Positions 63,945-64,000 of a stretch of DNA of 64,000 nt are shown piece by piece (position 1 is the first letter of the stretch; every line of letters begins with the position of its first letter). Made by a program: the position numbers and the translations under genes. The notes under the pieces were generated by a model. The model had not been told where the DNA came from and ran no database searches. It saw nothing but the letters and a program-made list of their open reading frames with translations. Origin of the DNA: Candidatus Krumholzibacteriia bacterium (lineage in GTDB: Bacteria; Krumholzibacteriota; Krumholzibacteriia; LZORAL124-64-63); NCBI GenBank assembly GCA_050174015.1, contig JBFXKG010000002.1, positions 218,252 to 282,251 of the forward strand. The letters run 5' to 3'.

Positions 63945-64000
63945 TAGTACGCGTACTTCAATTCATGCCGCCTCTGCTTCCCCAGCGCTGGGGTTTCCAC

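Overview
High-GC bacterial chromosomal segment, densely coding, with about 53 credible CDSs. I recognised no rRNA, tRNA, CRISPR array or mobile element; most very long ORFs in the track are antisense or shifted-frame shadows. The organism is a diderm (LpxL, Wzx/Wzy/Wzz, outer-membrane barrels). A FlgD-Ig/'YPNPFNP' C-terminal domain and a short C-terminal 'VK[AS]LFR' tail suggest an FCB-related candidate lineage such as Krumholzibacteriota/Latescibacterota (inference only). Housekeeping and metabolic genes include tex, lepB, two-subunit fumarate hydratase, hppA, adk, TAXI-TRAP, PiT/DUF47, dinB, glnA and alaS. Main highlights: (1) three signal-peptide proteins from two unrelated families share a 16-aa terminal motif V-x-x-E-x-x-S-[WF]-[GS]-x-V-K-[AS]-L-F-R-stop, a candidate protein-sorting signal; (2) a six-heme cytochrome c with Ig and T9SS-like/FlgD-Ig C-terminal domains; (3) an octaheme HAO-like plus NapC/NirT-like operon with a CRP/FNR-type box upstream; (4) a rearranged, compact PNAG operon (pgaD-C-A-B); (5) an orphan triple-domain GspG-like pseudopilin with a 29-Asp run, next to a 5'-truncated yjbQ; (6) a LeuC-LeuD-type fusion coupled to a degenerate crotonase. 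Start codons were chosen by eye from RBS and overlap patterns.
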